DNA from: a virus
Lineage: Duplodnaviria > Caudoviricetes
IMG/VR virus record: IMGVR_UViG_3300032257_000048
Coordinates: 1-39,195 of that record
Length of the DNA: 39,195 nt
Reading direction: 5' to 3' (one strand)
The position numbers were made by a program, and so were the translations under genes. The notes beneath the pieces were generated by a model. It saw nothing but the letters and a program-made list of their open reading frames with translations. It ran no database searches and had not been told where the DNA came from. Positions within the stretch are counted from its first letter, which is position 1. Each line of letters starts with the position of its first letter. Below are positions 8,123 through 17,988 of this stretch, piece after piece.

Positions 8123-8335
8123 ATGACTGATATATTTGATATACCTCGTCTTAAAAGAGAGCGAGAAGAACGTCTTAAAGAGATCTTGCGTAATGGTGAG
8201 ACTTCAGATGATGATTCACAACGTCCTCAAGGCTCTGATACTCCTAACCCTGTTCCTGATAAATCTAAAGAGCAAGGAGAAGCTGAGTTAGAGGCTTTAC
8301 GTCAGAAGCAACGAGATCGTGCTAAGAAGAAATGA
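8123..8335 (+). CDS. hypothetical charged protein
   Basis: ORF track; ATGA coupling to next gene. Confidence 0.65.
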   Translation: MTDIFDIPRLKREREERLKEILRNGETSDDDSQRPQGSDTPNPVPDKSKEQGEAELEALRQKQRDRAKKK

Positions 8336-9165
8336 CTGTCCCTACTACTCATACAGGGAACACTAGTACCTGGGATACAGGTAACGCTAGAATAAATGTT
8401 ACTAAAGGTAATATAGGCACTATTGACTACAAACATGAAGTAGCCCTAGGTATTATACAAGGTTCATCTCTGTGGAATAAGTTCGGATACAACGCAGATA
8501 TAGATACAGCTACAAGTCCAGAGATAATAGCCTCCTTTGGTGGCTCTTTTAGCCCAGATGTAACAGCTACAACAGTGGACATTGTATCAAGTGATGCAGC
8601 AGATGACTCAGGTGGTACAGGTTGTAATTCAGTTGTAGTGTACGGGCTTGATGCTAATTGGGATGCTCTTGTAGAGGTTGTAACACTCGATGGTGTTACT
8701 CCAGTTACAACTACTGGATCGTTCATAGGTATTAATCGAGTAGCTATGTTCTTATGTGGATCAGGTAGAGTAAATGCAGGGACAATAACAGCTACAGCTA
8801 CCACAGGCGGTAGAACAATGGCAGTACTGCCTTTAGGTGAGGGTGTTACACAACAATGCTTGTTCTATGTACCTCAAAATAATACATTTGTTATGGAGTA
8901 CTTGTTACTAGGCGCTGCACGTAATGCGTCCAACAACCCTTATGTTACATTCAAGGTATTTGTGTTCTCAAGTGTAAGTAATGGAATACAAGAGGTTTTT
9001 AGAAAGACTTTAGATACTGAAGTTCAGGTTTATGCAGATATAGAACCTAACCTCCCTTTCCCTATAACAGAGAAGACTGTAATTTGGGTAGAAGCTAGTA
9101 CAGACCAGAACAATACAGAAGTTACATGCAGATTTAGTGGAATCTTGGTAGAAGATGAAGCATGA
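8332..9165 (+). CDS. putative virion structural protein (Thr/Gly/Val-rich, beta-rich)
   Basis: 277 aa; NKFGYNADID motif; composition typical of virion accessory proteins. Confidence 0.55.
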   Translation: MTVPTTHTGNTSTWDTGNARINVTKGNIGTIDYKHEVALGIIQGSSLWNKFGYNADIDTATSPEIIASFGGSFSPDVTATTVDIVSSDAADDSGGTGCNSVVVYGLDANWDALVEVVTLDGVTPVTTTGSFIGINRVAMFLCGSGRVNAGTITATATTGGRTMAVLPLGEGVTQQCLFYVPQNNTFVMEYLLLGAARNASNNPYVTFKVFVFSSVSNGIQEVFRKTLDTEVQVYADIEPNLPFPITEKTVIWVEASTDQNNTEVTCRFSGILVEDEA

Positions 9166-9307
9166 TACAGAAACTTACTACAAAAGGTTATAAAATAAAG
9201 CAAAGTAAGGATGTTTTCATCGTAAAGAAAGGATTTTTTAAAATAGGTGAAGCTAGTACTTATCTGGCAGCGCAGGCTATAGCCCTTAACCATTACTTAA
9301 GTAAACA

Positions 9308-10618
9308 ATGATCCTCGACCTCGACTTTGAGCTCCATGAGAAACAATTAAATATATTTAAACACCCTGCTAGGTTCAAGGTAACAGCCGCAGGTAGACGT
9401 GGAGGTAAATCCTTCTTATCTGCTGTTATGCTCTTAATTGAAGCATTAAAAGATACTAATAAGTTCGGTCAAAGTCTCCATAGAGCAGAGGTTTTCTATG
9501 TAGCCCCTACCTTTAACCAGGGCAAGGATATTATGTGGAACCTCTTGATAGAATTAGGTGGCATGGAGGCTCAAGGTGGGGTTATACGATCGGTACGACA
9601 AAACGAAGGGGTGTTGCGTCTTATTAATGGGCGTACTATTAAGATTAAAGGATCGGATAGGCCTGATACTCTTCGTGGTATTGGTTTATCTTATGTCGTA
9701 ATGGACGAATACGCAGACATGAAGCCTGAAGTATGGGATTTAATCATACGACCTGCTCTGTCTGACTATGAAGGAGAGGCAATGTTCATCGGGACACCTG
9801 ATGGCAAGAACCACTTCTACGATTTATGGTGCTTCGCTGGAGAAATGCAAGCTAAAGGTCACCCTGAATGGGCTGCTTTTCACTTCAACTCCCTTGATAA
9901 CCCAAAGATTAAGCCCTCAGAGATTGAGGCAGCTCGTAACTCTATGTCAGCAGCAGCTTTTAGACAAGAGTACGAGGCTAGTTTTTCAGCCGGAGGCGGT
10001 ACGTCCTTTAAAGAGGAACATCTCCGTTATGCTGACTTACCACCTGAACAGGGTAACATCTACATAGCAGTAGATTTGGCTGGTTTCGGGACTGGAAATG
10101 GAATGATAAAGTCAGCTATCAAAAAGTTGGATGAACATGCTATCAGCATTGTCGAAGTTTCACCCTCTGGCTGGTTTGTACACGAGATTATACACGGAAG
10201 ATGGGATGTTAGAGAAACAGCCCTTCGTATAATCAAGGCTTCTAAGGATTATAGCCCTATTGCAGTAGGTATAGAGCGGGGAATCGCTTACAATGCCTGT
10301 CTTCCTTACCTGGAAGATGAAATGAAGAGAATGAACAGATTTCCTGTTATTACCCCTTTAACTCATGGTGGTAAAAACAAAACAAACAGGATTGTATGGG
10401 CTTTACAAGGCAGGGCAGAACGAGGAAGGCTTATCTTGAAGAAAGATGCTCCTTGGATAAGACCTTTTCTTGATCAGTGGTTAGATTTCCCTAATCCTAT
10501 GGCGCATGACGATCTACTTGACTCTCTGGCTTATATTGACCAGATAAGTGAAACAGCTTACAACACATGTATTGAGATAGAAGAGTTCGAGCCTCTTGAT
10601 CAGTTCACAGGAATATAA
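9308..10618 (+). CDS. terL: terminase large subunit
   Basis: Walker A AGRRGGKS, Walker B VVMDE, IGTP, FRQEY, nuclease AVDLA and HDDLLD. Confidence 0.97.
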   Translation: MILDLDFELHEKQLNIFKHPARFKVTAAGRRGGKSFLSAVMLLIEALKDTNKFGQSLHRAEVFYVAPTFNQGKDIMWNLLIELGGMEAQGGVIRSVRQNEGVLRLINGRTIKIKGSDRPDTLRGIGLSYVVMDEYADMKPEVWDLIIRPALSDYEGEAMFIGTPDGKNHFYDLWCFAGEMQAKGHPEWAAFHFNSLDNPKIKPSEIEAARNSMSAAAFRQEYEASFSAGGGTSFKEEHLRYADLPPEQGNIYIAVDLAGFGTGNGMIKSAIKKLDEHAISIVEVSPSGWFVHEIIHGRWDVRETALRIIKASKDYSPIAVGIERGIAYNACLPYLEDEMKRMNRFPVITPLTHGGKNKTNRIVWALQGRAERGRLILKKDAPWIRPFLDQWLDFPNPMAHDDLLDSLAYIDQISETAYNTCIEIEEFEPLDQFTGI

Positions 10619-10620
10619 GA

Positions 10621-12456
10621 ATGGATCAACCTGAAGAAATAACACAGTCCGATATAGACCAAGAGTTAGTCTCTTGGGTTGTTGGGACTATTAAGCCTTG
10701 GGAAGACTACCGAGATCAGAACTTTGAGAAAGATTGGGAAGAGTACTACCAGCAATGGAAAGGTATCTGGACTCATGATGGTAAAACAAGACAGTCAGAA
10801 AGAAGTAAGTTCATATCTCCTGCTTTAGCACAAGCTATTGAGATGGCAGTGTCAGAGATGGAAGAAGCTACCTTCTCTCGTAAGAATTGGTTCGATGTAG
10901 CTGATGATTTAAAAGATCAAGATAAGAAAGACAGAGAAGTTATACGTGATCAGCTCTTAGAGGACTTCAAGATAGCAGGTGTAACTAAAGCTATATCTGA
11001 GATCTTTCTTAATGGTGCTATTTACGGTACAGGTATCGGTAAAATAGTCCTAGATGAAAAAGATGAAGTATTTACAGGCCCCGATGGTTCAGAAGTTAAA
11101 CTTCAGCGTATAGAAGTACAGTTAGCTTCTGTATCTCCTAAAGAGTTTGCTATGGATCCAGTATCTAGGACAGTTAACGAAGGTATGGGCTGTGCCTGTA
11201 CACCAGTTAAGCCTAAGATTGATATTATCCGTAAGCAAGAAGAAGGTATTTATAACGATGTACCTCTAGGTTCATTCACTGATGAAGAGAACGTAGCTGC
11301 AATGGGGGAACATTCCCTAAATCTTAATGAAGAGAAATGTGAGCTAATAGAATATCATGGTTTAGTACCTACTCGGTTACTTATCCAGATCGAAGATGAA
11401 ATAGATCAAGATTTAGCTGATGGTGACGATTTAGACATGACTGAGGCTATTGTCACGATAGCTAACAGATCAGCGTTACTTAAAGCAGTAGCTAATCCAT
11501 TCATATACAGAGATCGGAGTATTGTTGCTTATCAGCACGATACAGTACCTAATAGATTTTGGGGTAGAGGCGTTGCAGAGAAAGGTATTCACTCACAACG
11601 TGCTTTAAATGCAGAGCTACGAGCAAGACAAGATGGATTAGCTTTGACTATTCATCCTATGATGGCAATAGATGCTACTCGTATCCCTCGTGGATTTAAG
11701 CCTAAGATAGCTCCAGGTGCTACGTTATTAAGTAATGGCGATCCTAAGCAAGTATTCAATCCTTTGCATTTCGGAGATATGGGTACACATACATACTCAG
11801 AAGCTGGGGAGCTTGAGCGTATGATGCAGATGGCTACAGGGAGCATGGACTCAGCTACACCTACATCACAAAACGCCCGTAATAACACTATGGGCGGTAT
11901 GAGCATGATAGCTGCTGGTGGTATTAAGCGTTCCAAAAGAACGATGCGTAACGTAGAAGAAGACTTCTTAATACCTTTGATAGACAAAGCTACATGGCGG
12001 TATCAGCAATTCTCTCCAGAAAGATATCCTTTTGGTGACTATAAGCTACTTCCTTATTCAACTATGGGCATTATGGCACGAGAGATGGAACAACAACAAA
12101 TAGCTCAAGTGTTACAAGCAGTACCAGAAGGGCCAGCTAAGGGTGCTTTAATTATGGCTTTTGTTGAAAACTCATCAATACAGAACAAAGTACAGATACA
12201 AGAAGCAGTATCTCAGCAATTTCAACCACCTCAACCTGATCCTATGCAACAACAAATGCAGCAACTACAATTGCAAAATGCAATGCTAGAGAATCAGATC
12301 TTGACTAAGAATCTAGGGAAGATTGAATCAGAGACAGTAGAAAACTACGCTAATGCTCAATCCAAGATTGGACAAACTGAAGTAAATAAATTTAACGCTA
12401 TAGCTCAAACAGAAGACAATGAGCTTGATAGAGAATCTTTCGGGAGAAAAGAATAA
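10621..12456 (+). CDS. portal protein (P22-like, Gln-rich C-terminal barrel)
   Basis: 611 aa directly after TerL; AIYGTGIGK, RFWGRG motifs; PQPDPMQQQ tail. Confidence 0.92.
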   Translation: MDQPEEITQSDIDQELVSWVVGTIKPWEDYRDQNFEKDWEEYYQQWKGIWTHDGKTRQSERSKFISPALAQAIEMAVSEMEEATFSRKNWFDVADDLKDQDKKDREVIRDQLLEDFKIAGVTKAISEIFLNGAIYGTGIGKIVLDEKDEVFTGPDGSEVKLQRIEVQLASVSPKEFAMDPVSRTVNEGMGCACTPVKPKIDIIRKQEEGIYNDVPLGSFTDEENVAAMGEHSLNLNEEKCELIEYHGLVPTRLLIQIEDEIDQDLADGDDLDMTEAIVTIANRSALLKAVANPFIYRDRSIVAYQHDTVPNRFWGRGVAEKGIHSQRALNAELRARQDGLALTIHPMMAIDATRIPRGFKPKIAPGATLLSNGDPKQVFNPLHFGDMGTHTYSEAGELERMMQMATGSMDSATPTSQNARNNTMGGMSMIAAGGIKRSKRTMRNVEEDFLIPLIDKATWRYQQFSPERYPFGDYKLLPYSTMGIMAREMEQQQIAQVLQAVPEGPAKGALIMAFVENSSIQNKVQIQEAVSQQFQPPQPDPMQQQMQQLQLQNAMLENQILTKNLGKIESETVENYANAQSKIGQTEVNKFNAIAQTEDNELDRESFGRKE

Positions 12457-12962
12457 TGGTTACAGGTACAGTTGAAGTAAGAGGTGCTGTAAATGACACT
12501 ACAGGTAAAATAGATGGTGTAGTTAAGCAAAAATATACTAATGATTCGAAGCATGTGCATTTGGCTTCAGATGCAACTAAAGTAACTTACGATAATGAGA
12601 TTTATGAACTATTAAATGCTGTAACGACAGGTGCGACTGTCACATCTAATATCTGGATTTCAACACGAGATTTAGTTGATGGTTTATTGCATTTTGAGAC
12701 ATCAGCAGCCCAGACAGGTAATATAACAGCGTACTACTCATTTGATGGTATCAGTGCTATTAATTCTGAAACAGTCAAAGCTTTGGCGGGTGGCGCAGCA
12801 GAACAACACGCGCTAGGTTTTAGTGATTTTGATGCAGGATCGGACGCGGCTGGTTTTACTCGTAATATTAAAATGTATCCATTCGTAACATTTGGTTTAG
12901 CAAGTGGCGCAGGCACAGGCACAATCACAAGTCTAGCAACGGTGGTACGTAGAAATGGCTAA
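12456..12962 (+). CDS. hypothetical beta-rich protein (inserted cassette gene 1)
   Basis: TAATG-coupled to portal. Confidence 0.7.
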   Translation: MVTGTVEVRGAVNDTTGKIDGVVKQKYTNDSKHVHLASDATKVTYDNEIYELLNAVTTGATVTSNIWISTRDLVDGLLHFETSAAQTGNITAYYSFDGISAINSETVKALAGGAAEQHALGFSDFDAGSDAAGFTRNIKMYPFVTFGLASGAGTGTITSLATVVRRNG

Positions 12963-14490
12963 GTTCTCACAGAATAACCCACCTATAAGGGTTTTAATGC
13001 TTGATGTTAAAGCTGCCGGTTTCACGCTATCTAATTTCCCATGGTCAGCTCATGATGCTTTTTTTAAATCTATAGGCGCACACGTTGAATGGCGACATGC
13101 TCCGAGTATGAATGCTGGAGATCAAGTTTATAGTGATCATTGGGACTTGATTGTTATCCCGTGGATAGGTGACATAACAAGTCAATATTCTTTCTTAAAA
13201 GTTCAATTAGCTTTGTTTGTTGATACCGGCATCCCTATTTGGTATGCACAATGCTATCTAGCCGCAGGTGTAAACGCACAACCTACAACTGGTATTACAG
13301 TGGTTAATGCCGCAGGTAAATTCACATCAACTGGTTTAATTAACTGGGAAGATAGAATGGGCGGACAAGTCACATTCTACGGTGATGCCCCAACAATTGC
13401 AGGCGCTTCAACAGTAACAACACACGCGACTGATTTAGATAATGATGCGGTAATGTTGTGGAGCAATCCTGTAGAAGGCCATCCAGCTTTATTTATGACC
13501 GCTTATAGTTCACAAACCTCAACACTTGCTAAGCCGTGGCTGGGCGCTCAGTGGATGGTAGATCAATGCCCTACAGCAGCACGTAAAGCCCAGCTATTAG
13601 GGCACTTAAGAAAAAGACATTTGTCTATTCGGTTTGATATGGGTGGACTCAATAATGATGAAGTTAGTCGTGCAAACGGTGATCTTGATACGGCGTATGA
13701 CTCATTAAATTCTTACGGCGTGAAAGGAATAAGTCTGGCTTTCTTGTGGGGCGCAGGCGGGAGCTTTGGCACACTCCCAGACACAGCCAATTCAGCGGTT
13801 GCAAACTGGTTCCTAGTTCGTGATAGATCAAATGGCGGATTATTTCGCTGCATGAACCATGAAACAGATATAGTTGACGGGACAACATTTACCCCTAATG
13901 AAAGATGCACCACAGATAGTATCAACCCAGACGGATTTAAGAATGCTGCGAATGCTTATGAAACCCATTGTGACCAGTTAACGGCATTCGGATTTCAGTT
14001 AGGTGATAACGGGTATGGTGGTGGCGACCCTAACGTCCAAAACGGAAACGACATGAATAATCCATCGGCTCATTTCTTAAGTGGCTCAGACGGCATTTAT
14101 GATACTGATGGTTTTTATGGTGGCTATGATGTAGCGGGCCTCTGGGTTTCGGGGGACGAAGATTACCCAACTGGTTTAACTCCACAGGCGAGTATCCGTC
14201 ATTCTATCACATGGGCTAAAGGGACTACATTATTAGGCTATTCTGAAGATACAATGACTTCTAGTAACCTAACAAATATGGCTGTTACATGGAATGCTGA
14301 TATTAATAGATGTCTGATAAATGGTGGTGGAATTTACTATCACGGTGGAGTAACAAACTTTACGCTTCCAGATCATGTAACAGAGCTTGGACAATTAAGA
14401 ACTTCATGCCCTGATATAATTGAAATAGGTGATTGGCCCGCTATGCTTGCTGATTTAAAACACGGTATCAGCGTTTGGTTTGATGGATAA
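12955..14490 (+). CDS. 511-aa protein, possible polysaccharide deacetylase/glycoside hydrolase-like barrel with N-terminal alpha/beta domain
   Basis: LSIRFD, GISLAF, CMNHE, IYYHG in CE4/NodB-like order; fold is inferred. Confidence 0.45.
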   Translation: MAKFSQNNPPIRVLMLDVKAAGFTLSNFPWSAHDAFFKSIGAHVEWRHAPSMNAGDQVYSDHWDLIVIPWIGDITSQYSFLKVQLALFVDTGIPIWYAQCYLAAGVNAQPTTGITVVNAAGKFTSTGLINWEDRMGGQVTFYGDAPTIAGASTVTTHATDLDNDAVMLWSNPVEGHPALFMTAYSSQTSTLAKPWLGAQWMVDQCPTAARKAQLLGHLRKRHLSIRFDMGGLNNDEVSRANGDLDTAYDSLNSYGVKGISLAFLWGAGGSFGTLPDTANSAVANWFLVRDRSNGGLFRCMNHETDIVDGTTFTPNERCTTDSINPDGFKNAANAYETHCDQLTAFGFQLGDNGYGGGDPNVQNGNDMNNPSAHFLSGSDGIYDTDGFYGGYDVAGLWVSGDEDYPTGLTPQASIRHSITWAKGTTLLGYSEDTMTSSNLTNMAVTWNADINRCLINGGGIYYHGGVTNFTLPDHVTELGQLRTSCPDIIEIGDWPAMLADLKHGISVWFDG

Positions 14491-14732
14491 TGAACAAAGA
14501 GAAGCAATTCCAGGTACTTAAAGATCTAGCACTCTCGGATGCTGGAAAGTTACTTATACAGGACATTGAAGCTAATAAGTCAAGTACTGATACTTTACTA
14601 GGGCATACTAACACTAATGATATGCTTATATCATCTGGTTATGTACAAGGGCTTGATTGGGTACTAGGTATCCTTAAACACTATCAAACTGCTGTGTATG
14701 AAGATATGAATGTGGATTACAATGAAAGTTAA
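14490..14732 (+). CDS. hypothetical head-module protein
   Basis: small helical protein of the type usually found right after the portal. Confidence 0.7.
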   Translation: MNKEKQFQVLKDLALSDAGKLLIQDIEANKSSTDTLLGHTNTNDMLISSGYVQGLDWVLGILKHYQTAVYEDMNVDYNES

Positions 14733-15009
14733 CTACAAGTACAGTTCTTCTGTCAAGAAGGACTTTGAATACAAGTGCAAGAGTTGTGAAGAAGTATTTA
14801 CAGTGCAAACAACTATGTCAGAGATGCAATCTGAGGTTGAATGTAAATGTTCAGGTACAGCGGTACGTTATATAGGAAAAGCTCCTATATTCTCACTTGA
14901 CCCTATAAGCGGGGACTTCATAGGGGCTACCGATAAGTGGCAGAAAGGCCGTGAGGCTCAGATGAAGAGAGAAGAACATAACATGAAAGAACACGGGACT
15001 TATGATTAG
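14722..15009 (+). CDS. FmdB-like zinc-ribbon protein (start revised to 14722)
   Basis: FEYKCKSCEEVF...CKC...R motif. Confidence 0.7.
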   Translation: MKVNYKYSSSVKKDFEYKCKSCEEVFTVQTTMSEMQSEVECKCSGTAVRYIGKAPIFSLDPISGDFIGATDKWQKGREAQMKREEHNMKEHGTYD

Positions 15010-15073
15010 TCCTACACTCCTTAGCCCGTAAGGACAACTAAGGTTAATTAACGTCTATAACCGAGAGGCAGAC

Positions 15074-15853
15074 ATGAGCGAAGAGAACGTCCATTTGGAC
15101 ATCATAAATGAAGATAACCCTGTTACTGATGAAATTATTTCAAAGGTACAAACAGAAGAACCTTCTAGCGGAACAGAGACTATAGAAGCTAATGAATCAG
15201 CGATTCCTGAGAAATATCGGGGCAAATCAGTTGAGGAAATTATAGATATGCACTCAAATGCTGAAAGAGAGTTATCTCGATTAGGTAATGAATTGGGTGA
15301 AAATCGTAAGTTAGTGGACAAGGTACTGCAAGCCGAACTTAACGCACAACCGAAGACAGTAGAGGAAGAACTTGATTGGGATTATGCTCCTGAACAGGCG
15401 GCAGCTTCACTGGTTCAAAAGGAAGTGGGTGCGATCAAGCATGAACTTGATCAAATTAAATATGATACAGCTTTAGATAAATTTAAAGGCAAGTATCCTG
15501 ACTTTGATACAGATACTCAAACAGCTGAATTCAGAGATTGGGTTCAGGCCTCTACTTACCGTACTAATCTTTATAATAAGAATTATAACGGTATAGACTT
15601 AGTAGCTGCTAGCGAGCTTATGGATGGATGGCAAGATATGAAATCTGCTGCCCCAGAAGTTGACCTAGCGGCGAAACGTGAAAATGATCTTAAAGCTGCG
15701 TCAATGGAAAAAGGCAGCTCTAGTGGTGCATCACGAAAGAATACATGGTCAAGAACATATATTCGTAAGCTTAGGACAGAACACCCTCTGAAGTATGAAC
15801 AATACAAAGATGAGATTGCTCTTGCTTATGCAGAAGATCGTGTCACTAAGTAG
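15074..15853 (+). CDS. scaffolding protein
   Basis: acidic N-terminus, IPEKYRGKS, LGNELGENRK, C-terminal EIALAYAEDRV; directly before capsid. Confidence 0.88.
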   Translation: MSEENVHLDIINEDNPVTDEIISKVQTEEPSSGTETIEANESAIPEKYRGKSVEEIIDMHSNAERELSRLGNELGENRKLVDKVLQAELNAQPKTVEEELDWDYAPEQAAASLVQKEVGAIKHELDQIKYDTALDKFKGKYPDFDTDTQTAEFRDWVQASTYRTNLYNKNYNGIDLVAASELMDGWQDMKSAAPEVDLAAKRENDLKAASMEKGSSSGASRKNTWSRTYIRKLRTEHPLKYEQYKDEIALAYAEDRVTK

Positions 15854-15912
15854 CTATTTAGCCCTAACGGGCAATGATGACTTAATGGCGCTCATGCGTC
15901 GAGGAAAATAAA

Positions 15913-16932
15913 ATGGGTTTAGGAACAAATCATTTAGGCATAACACATGCCACAGGTGGAGATCCAGGTGGATTCGTCCCAGCTAAGTGGATTGATGAAG
16001 CGATTGTTACTTACACACAGGCTTTACAGCTAGGTGACAAAATCTCTAAAATTGACTTCAGTGGCCAGAAAGGTGATGCAATCAATCTACCTTCTTTGAC
16101 TGATCGTGGCTCTCCTTCAGCTAAAGCTGAGAACACAGAAGTTACTCTAATCACTCGCACAGACTCTGAAGTGATCTTATCTTTGGATAAGCATTACGAG
16201 TACTCTTTCTTGATCGAAGATCGTACAGCTGTTCAAGCTCTTGACTCACTGTTACGTGAATACATGCAAGATGCTGGTTATGGTTTAGCGAAGCAGATCG
16301 ACCAAGATATTTGGACTGCTTTTGAGAACATGCAAGGTGGTGCAAACTTTGATGCTGCTGTAATTGGTGGCGATGGTAATACTGCATACGTTGGTGGTGG
16401 TACTGATAATCAGTCAAAACTAACAGACGCTGGTATTCGTCGTATTATTCAGACTCTTGATGATTCTGATAATCCTATGATGGATCGTCACTTAGTTATC
16501 CCACCTGTTGAACGTAACAACATTATGGGTCTAGCTCGTTTCTCTGAACAAGCGTTCGTAGGTAACGGCAATACTATCCGTAATGGTATAATTGGTAATC
16601 TGTATGGTGTAGATGTTAGTGTAAGTACTAACTGTCCTCATGTACATACTGATGCTGATGATACTATCTTCAACTTTAGTTCTTCAGCTCCGGGCGATGG
16701 TGCAGGTACTGATATTACTGGTACAGCGTACACAGCTTCTTCAGCTACAACTAAAGCCCGTGTTGGTGCTATGTTCCACAAAGATGCAGTTGTTATGGCT
16801 TCACAGATGGATATCCGTCTACAGAAGCAATACAAGCAAGAGCATCTTGGTGATCTACATACTGCTGATACGCTTTATGGTGTAACAGAGAAGCGTGATT
16901 ACGGTGCAGTTGCTATTGTAGTACCTGACTAA
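15913..16932 (+). CDS. major capsid protein
   Basis: FVPAKW, GDAINLP, GYGLAKQID, G.LYGVDV..S, DTLYG; GAGG RBS; followed by terminator. Confidence 0.93.
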   Translation: MGLGTNHLGITHATGGDPGGFVPAKWIDEAIVTYTQALQLGDKISKIDFSGQKGDAINLPSLTDRGSPSAKAENTEVTLITRTDSEVILSLDKHYEYSFLIEDRTAVQALDSLLREYMQDAGYGLAKQIDQDIWTAFENMQGGANFDAAVIGGDGNTAYVGGGTDNQSKLTDAGIRRIIQTLDDSDNPMMDRHLVIPPVERNNIMGLARFSEQAFVGNGNTIRNGIIGNLYGVDVSVSTNCPHVHTDADDTIFNFSSSAPGDGAGTDITGTAYTASSATTKARVGAMFHKDAVVMASQMDIRLQKQYKQEHLGDLHTADTLYGVTEKRDYGAVAIVVPD

Positions 16933-16944
16933 TCTAACCTGATC

Positions 16945-16967
16945 GGGGGAGAAATCCCCCTTTCTTT
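16945..16967 (+). terminator. rho-independent terminator after capsid gene
   Basis: GGGGGA-GAAA-TCCCCC then TTTCTTT. Confidence 0.88.
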
Positions 16968-16979
16968 AAGGAGAACAAG

Positions 16980-17255
16980 ATGAGTAGAATGTCAGGCCCA
17001 AAGGCCGAGGCAACGTGGAATCCAGGTTCTATGCTCGATGGTAACGAAGAAGTCACTACAGTAACTGTTCCAGGTGCTGTTTTAGGTGATTTTGCTTTTG
17101 TTAGCTTCGATGTAGATGTTGTGGATCTTGAGTTGTCAAGTCAAGTCACAGCTGCTAACACAGTAACTGTTTCTTTGAGCAACAACACAGGCGATACATT
17201 GGACTTAGGTTCAGGTACTCTACGTGTTAAAGTTGTTCATTACAACGACATGTAA
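16980..17255 (+). CDS. putative capsid decoration/head fibre protein
   Basis: ATWNPGS...TVTVPGAVLGD...AANTVTV all-beta module; AAGGAG RBS; follows MCP. Confidence 0.65.
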   Translation: MSRMSGPKAEATWNPGSMLDGNEEVTTVTVPGAVLGDFAFVSFDVDVVDLELSSQVTAANTVTVSLSNNTGDTLDLGSGTLRVKVVHYNDM

Positions 17256-17261
17256 CAAGGT

Positions 17262-17287
17262 ATGCCCTTCTTTTGAGGGGTATTTCT
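17262..17287 (+). terminator. probable rho-independent terminator
   Basis: ATGCCCTTC-TTTT-GAGGGGTAT then TTCT. Confidence 0.65.
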
Positions 17288-17328
17288 AAAGAGCTAAGTC
17301 TTTTCAGAAATAACTAATAGGTTAACTA

Positions 17329-17988
17329 ATGACATACTTAGAAACAATCAATGAAGTACTTAGAAGATTACGAGAAGATACAGTTAGTTCAGTATCTGAT
17401 TCTACTTACAGCACTTTAATAGGTTCATTTGTTAGACAAGCTTACACAGAAGTGTGCAATGCTTACTCATGGCCTGAACTTCAAGAAACACAAGATGTGG
17501 CTATTTCAGCCACAGATACAAGCTTTACTATCACAGGTGATTCAGGTGAAGGGATAGCTGATGTAACATCAGTGTACAATGTAACTGAAGAGTGCTTTCT
17601 AAGCCCTTCTAACAAGAAATGGGTAACTGATCGTCTTTCATGGGATACAGATACTAATCAACCATCTTGGTATGCTTACGGTGGAGAAACTGCTGCAAGC
17701 ACTTCAACTTACCATCTGTACCCAACATCAGATGCTTCTTACACATTAAGAGTTAATTTTAATCGTAAACCTGATGTTAATAATACATTAACTGATGCTA
17801 CATTCTTAAAAACACCTGAGTTACCTGTAGTACTACGTGCTTTATCTTTAGCAGTGTCAGAACGTGGTGAAGATGGTGGAGCTAGTGCAAATGAGGTAGA
17901 TACTCAGGCTGCTAATGCTCTAGCTGATGCTATATCTTTGTATGAAGCTAATAATAACTTCGATAACCTTAGTTGGCATGTAGTATGA
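17329..17988 (+). CDS. tail tubular protein A / head-tail adaptor
   Basis: MTYLETINEVLRRLRE N-terminus, ERGEDGG C-terminal motif; synteny. Confidence 0.85.
   Translation: MTYLETINEVLRRLREDTVSSVSDSTYSTLIGSFVRQAYTEVCNAYSWPELQETQDVAISATDTSFTITGDSGEGIADVTSVYNVTEECFLSPSNKKWVTDRLSWDTDTNQPSWYAYGGETAASTSTYHLYPTSDASYTLRVNFNRKPDVNNTLTDATFLKTPELPVVLRALSLAVSERGEDGGASANEVDTQAANALADAISLYEANNNFDNLSWHVV

Noticed and set aside
16920-16982. Frameshift or readthrough fusing capsid to the downstream decoration gene
   Set aside because: The downstream frame has stops at 16926 and 16935; the gene has its own RBS after a terminator
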